A DNA stretch of 64,000 nucleotides from Eledone cirrhosa (Eukaryota), in NCBI GenBank assembly GCA_964016885.1, contig OZ024742.1, positions 239,258,001 to 239,322,000 of the forward strand. The letters run 5' to 3'. The notes beneath the pieces are model-generated. The model was not told the origin of the DNA and ran no database searches. It was given only the letters and a program-made list of their open reading frames with translations. Shown here one piece after another: positions 24,590-39,061 of this stretch. A program made the position numbers and the translations under genes. The number at the start of each line of letters is the position of its first letter. Within the stretch, counting starts at the first letter, position 1.

Positions 24590-26065
24590 TCCATCAACTT
24601 TGAGCACTCTGCTCCTTTTTATACAGCTGTCATCCTTCAAACGCAACACTTGTACCAATGCAATCTCCTCTCTTGCACACTGCATCTGATTCCTCTTATG
24701 CCTAATTTCTCACGCAGTTCATTTATGCTTCATTTCTTTCCAACCTTCGCAGGTCTTCTGCACACAGTGCCCAGGTCTCTCTACCATGCAACTTTGCTGT
24801 TCGTATACATGCATCATACTGTTTGGCCTTCATTTTGAGGGAAAAACCTTTTGTAGTTAACACCGGTAGGGACTCCCTGAACTTTCTCCAACCCATTCTC
24901 TCTCTGGCTACTGTGATTTTGGAACACCCTCCTCCACTACTAATTTGGTCACCCAGGTAACAGAAACTCTACTACTTCTACAAAACCCTCTGGGCATTTG
25001 AAAGAGATTGTATCCTGAGAGCTCTTGCTACTTACTGCCCCTGTGTACCAACTACATGTAAAACCTGCGTTTTTTTGTTAGCCTGCCTGAAATCCAACTA
25101 CATCTCTTGTATACCCATAGTTTGCATTGGAACATAGGATGAAATTTCTATCTACTCCTTTTCTACACACTGAGCAAGGCTATTTTCCTGAGGAGATCTG
25201 GGTCCTGTTTTCCTTTCTACTCACTAAAACTTTAGTCTTCGCCAAGTTGACTTTTGATTCTAGGCCATGCTTCCAGGTTTGGAAATTCTTCTCTAATTCA
25301 GCTGTAAGGATTAGGTCATCAATACCCAGGAGTTCGCATGGGCAGCCAGTCTGCAGGACGATAATAAACAGGAGAGAGCTAAGAACTGAGCCCTGATGGA
25401 CCCCAACCTGCACACTAAATTCTTCACTATAGTCATTGTTAATCCTCACCTTGCTGACTGTTCTTCTATATATGGCTTGTACAGCTTTCACAAGTCATTT
25501 ATCTACTCCTAGTTTTCTAAGAGCCCACCAAATAATGGAACGGGAGACTCTGTCAAAAGCTTTCTCCTGGTCCTCAAAAATTAAGTAGAAGGGGTTTACC
25601 TTTAACTAGGTACTTCTCCTGCAGTTTCCTAACAAGGAAGAGGGCATCTGTGGTATTTTTACCTGACACAAGTCCAAGTTGCATCTCATCTAAGTTAACT
25701 CATTCCCTAATCAGCTGTGTTATAACTCTTTCTGTGACCTTCATAACCTGGTCAACCAACTTCATGCCTCTATAGTTTTCTCTGTCTAGAGCATCTCATT
25801 TGCTCTTATAGCTGTTCATACTGCTGCTACTACACCAGTCATTGGGTAAGGCACTGTTTTGTATTACCTGGTTTACAATGTGGGTGACTGTGGTGTGACC
25901 TATCATTCCTGATGCGTTTAGCATCTTGGCAACTATCCCTGCGGGTCCAGTTGCCCTCAGTGAGGGCATAATCATTTCAGACACACTTCTCCTCACCATC
26001 ATCGCTATTTTCCTTGACACACTGTCTTACAATTCTGAACACTTCATGTTTTTGGTCCTCACGCT
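24590..26065 (-). mobile_element. Decayed RTE LINE
   Basis: Frameshifted RT segments, for example VSKVRINNDYSEEFSVQVGVHQGSVLSSLLFIIVLQ. Confidence 0.88.
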
Positions 26066-26699
26066 GCAAAGAGAAATCAGACAAAAAAATAAGCTGCACT
26101 TTGCACTGATAGTAATTGTTAGTAACCAGTTATAGTAAGACAGAAGAGAGGGCACAAGAGGCCTTATGCAACCCTTTCATGGCCTTATTTATTATGAAAT
26201 GCACTCTATTCATGAAGAATTAGGAGGCTTTTACTAAAATTATTAATTATTTTATTACTAAGGTAATGGATTATCAGTATTGGTAGAGCATTCTAGAAAA
26301 TGTTTTGCTGCTTTTAGTAATGGCTTTTAACATTGAGTTGAAATCCTGCCATCCTTTACCTTTCATCCTCCCAGGGTCGATAAAATAAAGTACCAGTCAA
26401 GCACTGAGGTCTATTTAATGGACTTTCCCATACCCCAAATTTACTGGCCTTGTGCCTAAATTAGAAATTATCAATTATTTCATTACTAAAATACTATTTG
26501 TAACATAAATAGTTCTTGTATAAAATTATGTTCTCTTGGAAGAGTTTAATTTAAAGAGGAATCTTCTAAAATGGTAGTTTTGTTTCATAGAACCAGAGCC
26601 AGTTTTGACAGGGTTATCTAAAGGGTTAGTAAGTTTTGGCTCATCTATGTAATCCGAATACCCAATTTGATAAACTGTTGAGTCCGTGTATAATTTTTG

Positions 26700-27140
26700 C
26701 TAGATTATCCAACAACATTTGCAGATTCAATCCTGTCACCCCCGATGAAGTCAGAGCTACCTTGAAGCTCAAAAACCACAAAGCACCTGGAATGTGCACT
26801 ATCAGCATAGATATGTTGAAGGCTGGCGAAAATAACATGATCCAGTGGCTCACCTGTATCATCAACCATGTATGGGTGTTAGAGTGGCTCCTAAATTACT
26901 GGACCCTGGGCATCATTTTCTCCTGGAAACAGAAGGGTGACAAACTTGTCTGCAGCAACGACAGGGGTATCACACTTGTCTCCATCCCAAACAAGCTCTT
27001 CATCAAAATCTTCTTCAGCTGAGCTCTTCCTGCCATTAGAAGCAGACTTCACCCACAACAATCTGGATTCAATCTACTGCTGACTACATTTCTGCCCTCC
27101 GTCTCATTATTGAAATATCTTGGGAGTTTTGCAGAGATTG
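26700..27140 (+). mobile_element. Old RTE/BovB-like LINE RT fragment
   Basis: EVRATLKLKNHKAPGMCTISIDMLKAG...WKQKGDKLVCSNDRGITLVSIPNKLF corresponds to RT domains 0/1. Confidence 0.75.
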
Positions 27141-28168
27141 CTCTATGATGATTGAACTTAGATTTCCTTTAAACTGCCATGTCTACTGATTAAATCAGAT
27201 CATATAACATTTGAGTTTGCTTCATCATCATCATTTAATGCCTGTTTTTCCATACTGGCACGGGTTGTATGAGTTGCCACACACCAAGTCAATGATTGCT
27301 ACAGTCTTCCCAGAGAGGCAGGGGGCCACAACTTGCTTATATATGTTCTGATTTTGGTATGGTTTCTACAGCTAGATACCCTTTCTATCATCAACCACTC
27401 TACATTCACTAGAAAGAATTTCTTTGAGGATCTGGTTGGTTGTATTTGACTGTTTTTTCTTAGGTGTTTATTCACTCTTATGTATGTTTCTGTTGATCCA
27501 GGATTAATTTAGTTTAAATCACTTCTATTTTCCTCATTTGTTTCTGTTAGATGTCATTCATTATTGACTCTGTTTGTCAAATGTGTTTTTATTTGATTTG
27601 TTATTTTATGAGAAGCATATTTCCTTTGTAGTTTGGTATTATCGTAATCTGTTTCCATAGACCTTGTCTGATTATCATCTTTACATCATCATTCTAACCC
27701 TAATTCATAAGGCAAAAATTATTATTCTTTCTCTGTATCTGTTTTACTGTGATGACTTGTCATTACTGTGTTCTACCACTTTATTTTTATTATATTCAGA
27801 TGTTTTGTGTGTGGTGGGTTCTGTTGAGCTGCTTTCATTGGTTTATGGGGATTTGCATTTTTTATATATCATTAGTTCATTTTATTCTCACTGTATATTT
27901 TTTGTACGAGTTATTTTGCTTCAGTTTCTGAGATATTTTTGTTGTTTATTATAAATATGTGTACATTCAGTTATGTCAAAGATATGACAATCTCTTTAGT
28001 GTTGGTGAGCTTATGTCAAAGACACGTCAATCTCCCTAGTGCTGGTGTCACAATAAAATGCACTTGATAGAGTACAGTACTGTATGTAAAAGATATACAG
28101 GTCAGTAGCCCCGCTTGAGTATGGACTCGATCTGTAAAGGCTCACCCAGCAAAGAAAATGGACATTAA

Positions 28169-29497
28169 TCCTTTAGCATTCACATTAATTTGTCAAATGT
28201 CATGTTTATCTATTCGTATTATTTTCAGTTAATCGTACTCAAGAGGGTTATCAATTTTATTTGTTTGTAATTGAAATTTTGTCAGATGTTTAAGTATCAA
28301 TAATTTACAATTATATTATTAGAAATGTTAGCTATCGCCGTATTTTGACTAAAGAAATTAAAGAAATTATTTAGCCTGATAGTGGGGTTAAGAACCCTCG
28401 GAGAAATGGAAAAAAGATGAGTATTGACGTACATGTACATCAATACTCATCTTTTTTCCATTTCTCCGAGGGTTCTTAACCCCACTATCAGGCTAAATAA
28501 TTTCTTTAATTTCTTTAGTCAAAATACGGCGATAGCTAACATTTCTAATAATTTCAAATCCACTCGCTGTTTCGAAAATATTCTTACTTACAATTATATA
28601 TTTTTTCCTGATTTCTTTTGTTATGGGCAGGTGAAATTAATTAACAGGGGCATTTGAAGTAACAACCAGGTGCAAATACTGGTCTAATTTTAAATACCTT
28701 GTTTTCGGCATAATACTTGATATATAAGGGTCACTAAACCTTATATCAGTGCTCTAGCAATTCCACAGTCTTGGAAATTGTTTTATACCGAACATAATAT
28801 TTATGGTAAAAAATGCTTGCATTTCCGCAGCATCTGTCGGTGACCATAACAGATCGGGTTTTCTCGATGTGAAATCTGTTGTTGGGCATATCGATTAGTC
28901 TCTTCTGCCACAACTTTCGAAGAAAGTTTGTGGCAAAAACAAAAAGAAATAATCCAGTGCTTTAGCATCGAGAGGTAATGTGTGTTGTGGACAAGTATTT
29001 TGAATAAAATCGAGAACATGTATTGGTGTGGTATTTTTCAACCACATTGCTGTAATATTTTCAATGGCGTCCTGGAGATCTCCTTCGCTTTCACTTTCAA
29101 AATAACAATCATCCTCGAATTTCAGAAATATATACGTCTGATTCATTTGAAGATAAATCACTAATATTATCTTTTGTTTCTTGTTCATTTTGAATGTCAT
29201 CGTGTGTAAAACCTTCAAAGTCAGTATCGCTACTTTCACAAGCTACTTTATCGATACAGATAAAAAATTTGTTGTATTTTCAACGTTAAAAAAACACGTG
29301 TTGTTTCAAGTTGTTTCACTATATTGTTAATTTTCGTGGTAAAGGCCTAATCTCGCAGTAATCTCGAATTGACGAGATTTTGATGACTGTATTCCTTATT
29401 TTCAGAACGATATTTTAGTGTGGGTGTTGTTGGCCTGTTTGAACAAATAAAGGGTAAATAATTTCGGCCGGTTTTGGCTGTTTTGAAGGCTAAAGGG
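28169..29497 (-). mobile_element. Internally rearranged piggyBac element
   Basis: ttaa|tcctttagc ... gctaaaggg|ttaa termini, inserted into the TTAA of a SINE tail (gaaaatggacattaa / atgatg). Minus-strand remnant ALDYFFLFLPQ...VAEETNRYAQQQ resembles a piggyBac transposase N-terminus. Confidence 0.8.
28315..28552. repeat. Spacer-less palindrome, 119-bp arms
   Basis: Centred on aca|tgt (28433/28434). One mismatch seen (28428 vs 28439). Confidence 0.95.
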
Positions 29498-30269
29498 TTA
29501 AATGATGTTGATGATGCATTCATGAGTTTAGTTGTTTTAGATTTCCAGATTTCCACTTGTCTTTTATGGTGCTAGTGTGTTACATATAGCATGACTATAT
29601 ACTATATGTATAATTCTTAAAGGTATTGTCCTTTAGTTTATCATTTTCTGGTAGTTTACATTCCATTTAGATTGTTAGTATGTGCATGGCTGTGTGAAAT
29701 TCACTTAGTGACCATGGTGTTTCAGGTTCGATCCCACTGTGTGGCACCTTGACTAAGTGTCTTCTACTGTAGCCGCCAGCTGACCAATGCCATATGAGTA
29801 AATTTGGAAGATGGGAACTGTATGGAAACTTGACATGTGTGCATTTGTCTATGTCTTCATGTTGACATCATCTAAGTATGTAGTTATGTTTATTTATGTC
29901 CTGCAACTTCACAGTTTGGAGGAGATCATTGGAACGAGTACCATACATAAAAAGAAAATTTGGGTTGGCATCAGAAAGGTCTACTCAAAAAGTCTTGTTG
30001 AACCCATACCAACATGAAAAAATCATCACCAGCTTTGTTTGTTTTTCCATGCTGATATAAGTTAGATGAGAGACCTTTAAGGTGGTATTTAGTCTAGACA
30101 ATAGCTAATTGTGGTCTAGTGGTTAGTGTTGGTTAATGATCATAAGGTCATGGATTCGATTCATGGAGCAGGCAGCACGTGTTTTTGTGCAAGATTCTTG
30201 ATTTCATGTTGCTTTTTCATAATAGGCTTGTGGCCCTTATCAAAATACTCCTTTTTTACATATTGAGCA

Positions 30270-31450
30270 GGGTCACTTTCCTGAAGGAATCAGGATCCTA
30301 TCTTCTTTGCTACTCACTAGTACTGTAGTTTTGGCTAACTTTATTCTCAGAACTTTTGATTCCAAATTCTGTTTCATAGTCGGAACTTATTCTCTAGTTA
30401 TTTTATGGATTCAGCTATAAGGACCAGATCATCTGCATAAAGAAGTTCCCATGGACAGCCAGTCTTAAACTCCTCTGTTATGGCTTGGAGAACTATGATG
30501 AACAGCAGTGGGCTGAGAACCGAACCCTGATGAACTTTTACCTGCACCTTGAATTCCTCACTGAAGTCACTTCCTACTCTTACTTTCACTAAACTATCTC
30601 TTTCTTTATGAATTTCCGGCGCCTCCTCCTCGAACGGGTCGTGAGGGAAGAGTCCTGAAACACTCCTCCCAACGGCTCTTGTCAGAAACAACTGTTTCCA
30701 ACTGATCCGGCTGGATCCCCAAGCGAGACCAGCCGAGCTCATGGATGTTATCCAACCATCTTGCTCAGGTTCTACCCCTGGGTCTCCTGCAATTCTTTCC
30801 TGAGATATTCTAACTACATGCTCAAAGTATTGGAGCCGTGATCTCTCAATTCGGCTCTACCTGGAGAACTCTCTGATCTCCGAGTTACACTCTCTATCAA
30901 GTAATGTTACTCCACAGACCTTTTGGAGGAAGTCAGAGAGCTTCTTCTGTTGAGTTTGGTTAAACGATGTCATTTGCAAATTTCAGCTGACCTGTTCTAC
31001 ACTTGCCAGTTGTGATATCACTTCCAACGCTGCTGTGCATGTCAATCCTGTTCATGAAAATATTGAACAAGAGAGGTGACATTACGCACTCTTGGCAGAG
31101 TCTGACTCCCACATTGAATGGTTTCGATTTAGCACCATTTATCCGAACACAAATACTTGGGCATTTGTATAGAGACATGAAGGCAAGAAGCTGATCAATC
31201 CCTTACTCCTGCAGAACCTTTCACATGCCTTTTTGAGGTTTACAAAAACCTCTTGGCAGTACTCCGACGATTTACCACAGTGCAAAAACCACACTGGTCA
31301 TCAGCTAGCTTGGACTCAACAATCTCTCTAGATCTCTTTGCCAGACACTTAGCATAGACTTTACTAGGGAGGCTTAACAAGGAGATCCCTCTATAATTAG
31401 AACAATCCCGCTTATGTTCCTTTTTGAAAGTTGGGCTTATCACTCTTTGA
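30270..31450 (-). mobile_element. Two abutting decayed RTE-type LINE fragments
   Basis: VHQGSVLSPLLFIIVLQAITEEFKTGCPWELLYADDLVLIAES (30270-30600). A second family reads SNYRGISLLSLPSKVYAK...LCQECVMSPLLFNIFM...KFANDIV (30600-31450). Confidence 0.8.
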
Positions 31451-32946
31451 ACTGCCTAGAGACTAAATATTTGGTGTTGCACCGATAACAAAAGTTTTAC
31501 CAACCTTAAAATAGCTTTCACTTTAAAATTGTAGTGCCCCTTCTTTCATGAATGACCATGGTTTTGCACCTGGAATGTTCCCCTCCGAGGCACAAGCCTG
31601 GGTAAGGAATATTTGTGTGGAAGACCAGCAGTCACCCATGTTTGACATAGTCCCCCTCCATGCCACCAATCTTGCCCAAGCAAAAGGCAATGGTTGATAC
31701 AGCTGAGTAAACTGGAGCGACATGAAATAAAGTGTTTTGCTCAAGAACACAATGCAGTGGGATTTGAATTCACAACTCAATGATTGTGAGCTCAATGCTC
31801 TAACCACGAAGTAATGCGTCTTCACACTTTAAGATACAATTTATATAAAACAGAATAGATGTCATCAAATAATACATATTGTCACGCTCTCATTGCACAA
31901 AAATACTGACACTCAAATGTTATTCATAATGATATTATTTTCAAATTATCTTAATTTTGTGATCATATTTCTAATGACGTACATTTTATTTCAATTAATT
32001 AACAAAGAATTTTGAGGGATTTACTAAGATTATTATTTCATTACAGAGATAACTTATATTAAGGTTCATCATCATCATCATCACCGTCATTTCATTTTAC
32101 GTCCGCTTTTTCCCTGCTTGCAAGGGTGGGACGGGAACTGATGCTGGCAGTTATATAACTGTATTATTTGTGTTTGAGAGTAGTCAGCCTGTGTAGATTA
32201 GTAATGTAACAGTGTAGCATGTGATTTACTTTACTGTAACATTTCATGATATTTAGTGCTCTGTAGATTGTTAGTAGATATAAGCATGGCTGTATGCTCA
32301 TGTAATCATGTGGTTTCAGGTTCGATTCTATTGAATGCACCCTTGAATAAGTGTCTTCTACTATGGCAGGACAACAATATTTTTACTTCATCTATCTATG
32401 CCTTGGCCAACTTTGCTTGTCATTAATACAAGGTCAATAAAATAGGTACTAGGCATGTACTGAATCTAATTCAATCCCTCCTCAACAAATTTATATCCAT
32501 ATACTTCGTCAAAGGAACTGTTATTGTGTTATGGCAAGTCTTAAACCAATGCCTGGTTTAATATTACCATTCAGTCATTGAATATCTTTAGTGATGTCCA
32601 CACTGTTGTAAGCACTTAAACCAGCTCTTTAGTTTGAAGTTTCTTCTTTCCCTTTTACTTTTGGAAACCTTACAAAAGGCCACTTTTTACTAAGTCATTA
32701 AAAAAATAAGTGTATGAAGTAAGCTTCTTAATGAAATCATTTTACTATTGTTATGCTGCTTTTGTCTTTAGGAAATGTATGAATATCACTCGGTCAAATT
32801 CCTTCTATAAATTTCTGACTAAAAAATCAATGTTATTATTATTCATTTTATAAACTAATAATAAACACCTGTTTCAACAAATGGCTGTTTGTTTTGCAGT
32901 TTTCTTTCTTATTGTGTTCTGTTTACTCTTCATTTTCTTATTGCAG

Positions 32947-33058
32947 ACAGGAGGAACATATCGATTTTAAAGCTGTGCCAAGTAACAAACCTCTTCCACC
33001 TGACTGTACCCAAGTAACGGATCTTCATTACAGTATCCATGCATTTGAACATCTTGAG
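32947..33058 (+). CDS. TTC17: TTC17-like exon C
   Basis: ttgcag acceptor, gttggt donor. (R)QEEHIDFKAVPSNKPLPPDCTQVTDLHYSIHAFEHLE. Phase 2 in, phase 0 out. Confidence 0.88.
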
Positions 33059-35559
33059 GTTGGTAGAGAGTTATTATGTTTGGTTAATTCTGTTCAACTT
33101 CAACTTTTTAGGTTTTGAAGGTACCAGTAGGACATTCTTAAAAAATTGGATGCTGCTGATTTGTTTGAAATAAGTCAGTTTTACAGTTGAATGTTCTCCA
33201 TATTACTAAACCATGCAACTGTGAAGTTGAGTTTACATCTGCTGTTGGCATTTACGTGCTTTGTCTAAAGGAACAATGCAAGTTAAAAAAAATTTATCAT
33301 GGCTTAGTCAAAGGAGGAGTGACAGTGCCTATGAGTTCTGAAGTGTTTCCCAGACTGGTGGGACCAAGGGAAGAGTGGCTATAACTCACCCGATACAGTC
33401 CACTTGACAAGGTTTTGCAAATATCCTGTCTAGCCAATTTTACTCACAAGACTTGGGTTGATGTTAAAAGTTTGCTGAAGGTGTTGCACAGTACAGTTGA
33501 ACCCAGAATAACATGATTGTGAAGCTAACCTCTATGACTGCACCAAAAACTACAATGACTATATTCTTCTACTTAAAACGAACAAAACAAAACAAAACAA
33601 GACAACAAAAAAAACTATACATGACCTTCTTCAGTCACCTGTTGATATTCAAGGTTTGGTAATGTCTCCCATACTCTCTACTTTGATCATCATCATTTTA
33701 AGCTGGCATGGTCTGGATGGGTCGTCATATCCAAAGTCAGTTCTTATTTGAAGTTTCTGCTCTCCTACATGGGTCAGAGAGCCAGGTTTCACTTGTTTCT
33801 GATGCCAGCCATTTTACAGGTGTACTGTATGTATTTTATTGTGACACCAGCACTTGGCAAATCTAAAGAGTCTTCTCCATTCTATGTTGATTTTGTTTGT
33901 TCAAGGAAAATGTGATGCAGAATGTGAGTAAAAGAGAAAGTGATGATGAACAGGGTGAAATAAGAGAGAGAGAGAGAGAGTGATAGCAAGAACAGAGTGA
34001 TAGGAGTGAAACAGAGAGTAATAGAAGAGAGACAGCAATAACTATGTCGCTTGTTGGTAAAGATATTGAATAGGAAAGTTGCATGAGTGGCATGATGGGA
34101 TATGATGGGTGATGATAAAGGAGAGCAAGTGATAGATTGAAATAAAGATGGGTGATGGCAATTGAGAGTGCTAGATATCAGTGAATAATGGCCTGGGATA
34201 GAGAGGGAGACAGAGAGAAAAATAGAGATGACTAGATATAACAAATGGTGATGCTAGGAGTTACCGAATCTTGTTAGCTGGGAAAATGGACATTAAATGA
34301 TGTTAATGATGATGGACACATTTAATGTGAGGTATTGATACATAAGCATTGTGAGGCACGAGGGGTGAAAAGACAAAAATATGATGTCCGAAAAGTGATA
34401 GCATGATTAAAGGGGGATGGTGAGGAGGATTGGATACCGGCAGATGAAATACCATGTCTCCTTACACAGACAATATAATACAGGAAATAAAATAGAGAGT
34501 TAGTGATAGGGTAATGAGGAGGACAACATTGGGTTAGAGATCCAATGTAGATATATACATCCTAATCTCCATCAAAACTACTATTCCAATGACCTTTTTG
34601 CCATGCTTGATTCAGTTGACAGATCTCCAGTGCTGTTGTGTGTTGCCATTCATCCTAGTTCTTTGTCATCCCCTTTGTGACATTCAGCTTCATGGAGATC
34701 AGTCTTCAGCACTTTGTACCTTGTTTCCCTATTTTTCCCGCTTTCAAAGGTTCTGTTCTCTTCAAGTGCTCAGCACTTTATACTACTGATATCCTCCATT
34801 GGCATCACATATCACCACAGTCTTCTTACATCCTACATCTAATTCTTGTTAGTTCCAGTTTTCCTCTGAGCTAATTTATGACTCATTGTTCATGCACACT
34901 ATCCTTATACATACAGAAGATCAAGCTTGCTTCATTTCTTTCTAGCCAGTGCAAATTTTGCACATTCAAGTTCCACATCTTGCTACCATGCAGAATCACA
35001 CCTCTTACACAAACACCATATAATCTACCCTTCACTCTGAGAGAGAAAAACCTTTTGTTCCCAGATCTTTTTCCACTCCATTTTTACTCTGATTGTTATG
35101 CTTTTGGAACTTACCTCTACTGCTAATTAGGCCACCTATTCTAAGGTGGCTTCTGGGTATTAGAAGGAATTTATTTCACATGTGTTGTAAATGTAGGGAA
35201 TGATTGGAAGCTGCAGTGTTTGGCGATTAAACAGAGACAACATAGGGTCTGAAAGGACTTGTGTCTAAATGATCATATGACAAATTTCTAGTGCTGGTGT
35301 CACAATAAAACACACTCAGTCCACCTAGTAAAGTGGTTATGCTGATGCCATAAAAAAATGAACCCAGAACACCTTATAAGGTGTTTGATGTTAGGAAGGA
35401 CATCTAGCCATTGAAACTATGCCAAATACAGAATGTATGAGTGAGATGTGGTCACTCTGACCTGTCTGGTATTGGACCATGACAATCTGTCAAACCCATA
35501 CTAGTATGGAAAGCAGACATAAAAATAATGATGATGATGATGTATTTTTATTGCTAGTT

Positions 35560-36110
35560 TCTGTACATCAGCCACATATGAAATCTACCTTCCCTGCTGG
35601 TCTGTGATTCCACTACATCTCATGTATGCCCATAGTTTGTACTGAGCATAGCATACAGAATTTCTCTCTACTCTTTTTCTGTGTAATGGGTACAACCATT
35701 TCCCTAATGGTATCAGAGTCCCGTCTTCTTTCCTACTTACCAAGATATTAGTCTTTGATACGTTTTTTTTAGGCTTCTTAGTTTTAGGTTTTGTTTCTAT
35801 GCCTGCAGTATCTACATTAAATTTTCTACAGATTTAGCTATAAGAACTAGGTCATCAGCATACAGGAGTTACTATGAACAGCTGCTCTTAAACCCCTCTA
35901 TTATAGCCTGGAGAACTATAATAAACAAGAGGGAAGTGAGAACTGAGCCTTGATGAACACCTATCTGCATGCTAAATTCATTGCTTAACTTATTGCTGAC
36001 TTCACCTAATACTAAATATATAGGTTTACTCCTAGTTAAGTATTTGCCTCCAGTTGTTGTTCTGTAGTGCAATCTCTTGTAGCAGTTAACAATGATACTG
36101 TTGATCACCC
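35560..36110 (-). mobile_element. Decayed RTE LINE fragment
   Basis: IGVHQGSVLTSLLFIIVLQAIIEGFKSSCS followed by a YADDL-like sequence. Confidence 0.75.
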
Positions 36111-36919
36111 TTCATCATCATCATCGTTTAATGTCCATTTTCCATGCTAGCATGGGTAGGGCGGGCTGTCCTATTGTGAGAGATCCAGATCGAAGGACTG
36201 TGTTTCACTCACTCAGAAATGATTTTGGCTTGTTTTTTATGGCTGGATGCCCTTCCTAACACCAACCACATTTACAGTGTGTGCTGGGTGCTTTTTGTTG
36301 TGACACCTACACAACCATTTTACAGTGTGAGATGGGCACTTTACAGTGTGAGCTGGGTGTTTTAGGCTTAGGAAATACTCCAGTCCTGATCGGTTGATGA
36401 CTCTTTACATACAAAGCTCAAATACGATTCACATTGAAATACAGCATATTTGTATGAAGCAGTGAAGCTGCTACACCCTAACACCCTCCCCCAAAGAAGG
36501 CTATTCTACTTACAACCACTAGCTTATAGGCATGCAATTTCTTCTGCTTCTTCTATTGTTACTTCAATAACATCTGTTATTCTGAAATAGTTATCTGCAT
36601 GCCCACTCCATCTGCATGCCCACTCCATAAAACCACCGATCTCTCATCTTTCTGTCAGCCTTACTGTATCTCACCTCCCAGACCCTGCGTAAAACACTCT
36701 GCCCAGTTTTTTCTTCGCTTAACTTAAACATTGACATAACTATGTCCAAACTGAACATCAACCATATCAATCTCATCTGTCTGGGAAAAAACAAAATTTG
36801 ATTTGGTGTTAGAGAAAAGGAAACTAACCGTAAACTGTAAAACATATTTTGCAACAGATTGTGTCACTTATATCTTCATGGGAATATTTATAAAAAAATA
36901 CTCAAATATAACTAAATAT

Positions 36920-38200
36920 CGCCTGTAAAAAATGGTATTGAAAAGAGTGTTAGAGAAGAGGATAAGGATAAAGTGAAGATTGATATAATGCAGTTTAGAT
37001 TTCTACCAGTTAAAGAAGTACAGGGACAAGAGGAAGAATTTGTTTTGGGGGTTTGTTGATCTGGAGAAAGTTTTTGATAGGGTTCTATCTGAAGTAGTGA
37101 CATGGGCATTGAGAGAGTTGGGAATGGAAGAATGGTTGGTTAGAGTAGTGATGACAATGTATGAAAAAATGTGAACTTTTGTAAGGACAAAGGATTAGAA
37201 CAGTGACTGGTTTAAAGCCAAGGCTGGAATGCATTGGGGATCAGTATTAAGCCCACTACTATTTGTAGTTGTGATGGCAGTAGTGGCCCAAAGTGCAAGG
37301 AAGGTTTACCATGGGAGTTTCTGTGTACAGATGACCTGATGTTAATAGCAGAGAGTATAGATGGATTGAGCAAGATGAATAAGTGGAAGAAATGTATGGA
37401 GGCAAAAAGAATGAAGGCGAATATTGGAAAGATGCAGGTAATTGCAAGTGGTAAAGCATTTGGTGAGATGGAAAAAAACAGGAAGGTAGTTTGCAGTGTA
37501 TAGGAAGGGCGTTAAAGTGAATTCCATTAAATGTATGATATGCATTGGATGGGTACATAGAAAATATAGTGGTGTGAAGGGATTATTAAATAATGTGGCA
37601 GCTACATTTAAGTGTAAAGCATATATAGAGATAGTTTTACATGGAAAGGATGTTGAATTGGATTTGGGGAATGGTGTAAAAATGTTTTGTTACTTTGGAG
37701 ACATGATGACTGGAGAAGGTGACTTAACTCTGTGACAGTATCGAGAATAAGATGTGCATAGAAGTTCTGAGAACTGGGTGATGTGCTAAGGAGGGTGTGT
37801 GTCACTGAATTTGAATGGAAAGGTGTATGTTGCATATGTGAGAAGTGTCATGATTTATGGGAATGAAACTTGGGTGGTGAACTGGTCCAATGAATGAGTG
37901 AAATATTGCTGAGAGAGTGAGAGGAAAACAAAAACAAATAATGAATTGCAGAGGTTGATGGAAATAGAACTAGTTTGAAGAATGTGAAGAGAAATGGAAC
38001 AAAATGATTGGGTCATATGTTGAGAGAGGATAATAGTGACTAGATGAGAGTAGTGATGGAAATGAATGTGGAAGGAAGTAGAGGAAGGGGAAGACCAAGA
38101 AAGACATAGTTAAAAATGAAGCAGGAGGAAATGAAAACCAGGGCTTGGTGAGGGGATCCAGATGGTAGGGAAGAGGGTAAAATCTTGTCATGGGACTTGC
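36920..38200 (+). mobile_element. Old RTE LINE
   Basis: Degenerate MQF...DLEK..DR, LPWEFLCTDDLMLIAES, GVKVNSIKCMICIGWVHRKYSG and FCYFGDM segments. Confidence 0.8.
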
Positions 38201-38318
38201 AAGGTTAACTTCTGATTTAGCAGAAGTTGAGGCCAATTAAGATGGCCTTAAAATACTTGTTATATCATCTATATAATAATGTGATTATAAAAAAATGTAT
38301 TTTAATATTTCTCTCTAG

Positions 38319-38432
38319 GGCATGAAAGCTAGAAAGAATCTTTCTGGTACGGCTGAACTTGGTTTAAAGAATGCTATTCCTCGAGAGAATGTTGATGATT
38401 ATGGAAACCTCATCTATGAAGCTATGAAAAAG
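38319..38432 (+). CDS. TTC17: TTC17-like exon D
   Basis: ctctctag acceptor, gtgaga donor. GMKARKNLSGTAELGLKNAIPRENVDDYGNLIYEAMKK. 114 nt, phase 0-0. Confidence 0.88.
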
Positions 38433-38734
38433 GTGAGAAAATAAGCTTTTGATTTTATAAAAACTATACATTATATGAGATTAAGGAGCCACACATCACT
38501 TCACTTAACTCCCTAACATTCTTGTGAAAATATAACCTTTCAAGAAGTCATGTTTGAATTATACCAACTTACAAAAATAAGTCCTATCTGTAATTCAAAA
38601 GGCTAGTCTCTCTCTATCCCATATGCACATTTAATTATCGGAAGCAGTGTTTTCACACACAAGAATTCTACAAACATCAAAAGCAAACTCAATCCTTTTT
38701 TTGGGGGGAGTAAATATTTTAATGTATTGTTATA

Positions 38735-39060
38735 TATATATATATGAATGTATATATATAGTGTATTTTGCAATACACTGTATACTTAATTAAAAGCATT
38801 TCGAAGACTTTACGCTATTGTTTTAGAGTAGTGACAGTCTCACTTACTTTAATTTCCAGCAAACAGGGGAGATAAAGCTGACAGAGTCCTGTTTCACACT
38901 TTTTGGTGCTTATCAAAGTTAACTACTCCTCCTGTTTGCTGAAAATCATGAATGTTTGATTCTTATAGAATTCTAGTAATAATCAGGAACTGATTATACA
39001 GAGCGGTTGCCGGTCAAGCAGAAATTGAAAATTAGAATTGGTGCTCTGAAATAGCGATAT
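38735..39060 (-). mobile_element. Monomer of the ~320-nt hammerhead-containing repeat (retrozyme / pseudo-LTR-like)
   Basis: Diverged reverse complement of about 41148-41470. Hammerhead at 38853-38945 (-): TTGATAA GCAC-caaaaa-GTGT GAAA CAG-gact-CTG TC| AGCT. Confidence 0.8.
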
Positions 39061-39061
39061 C

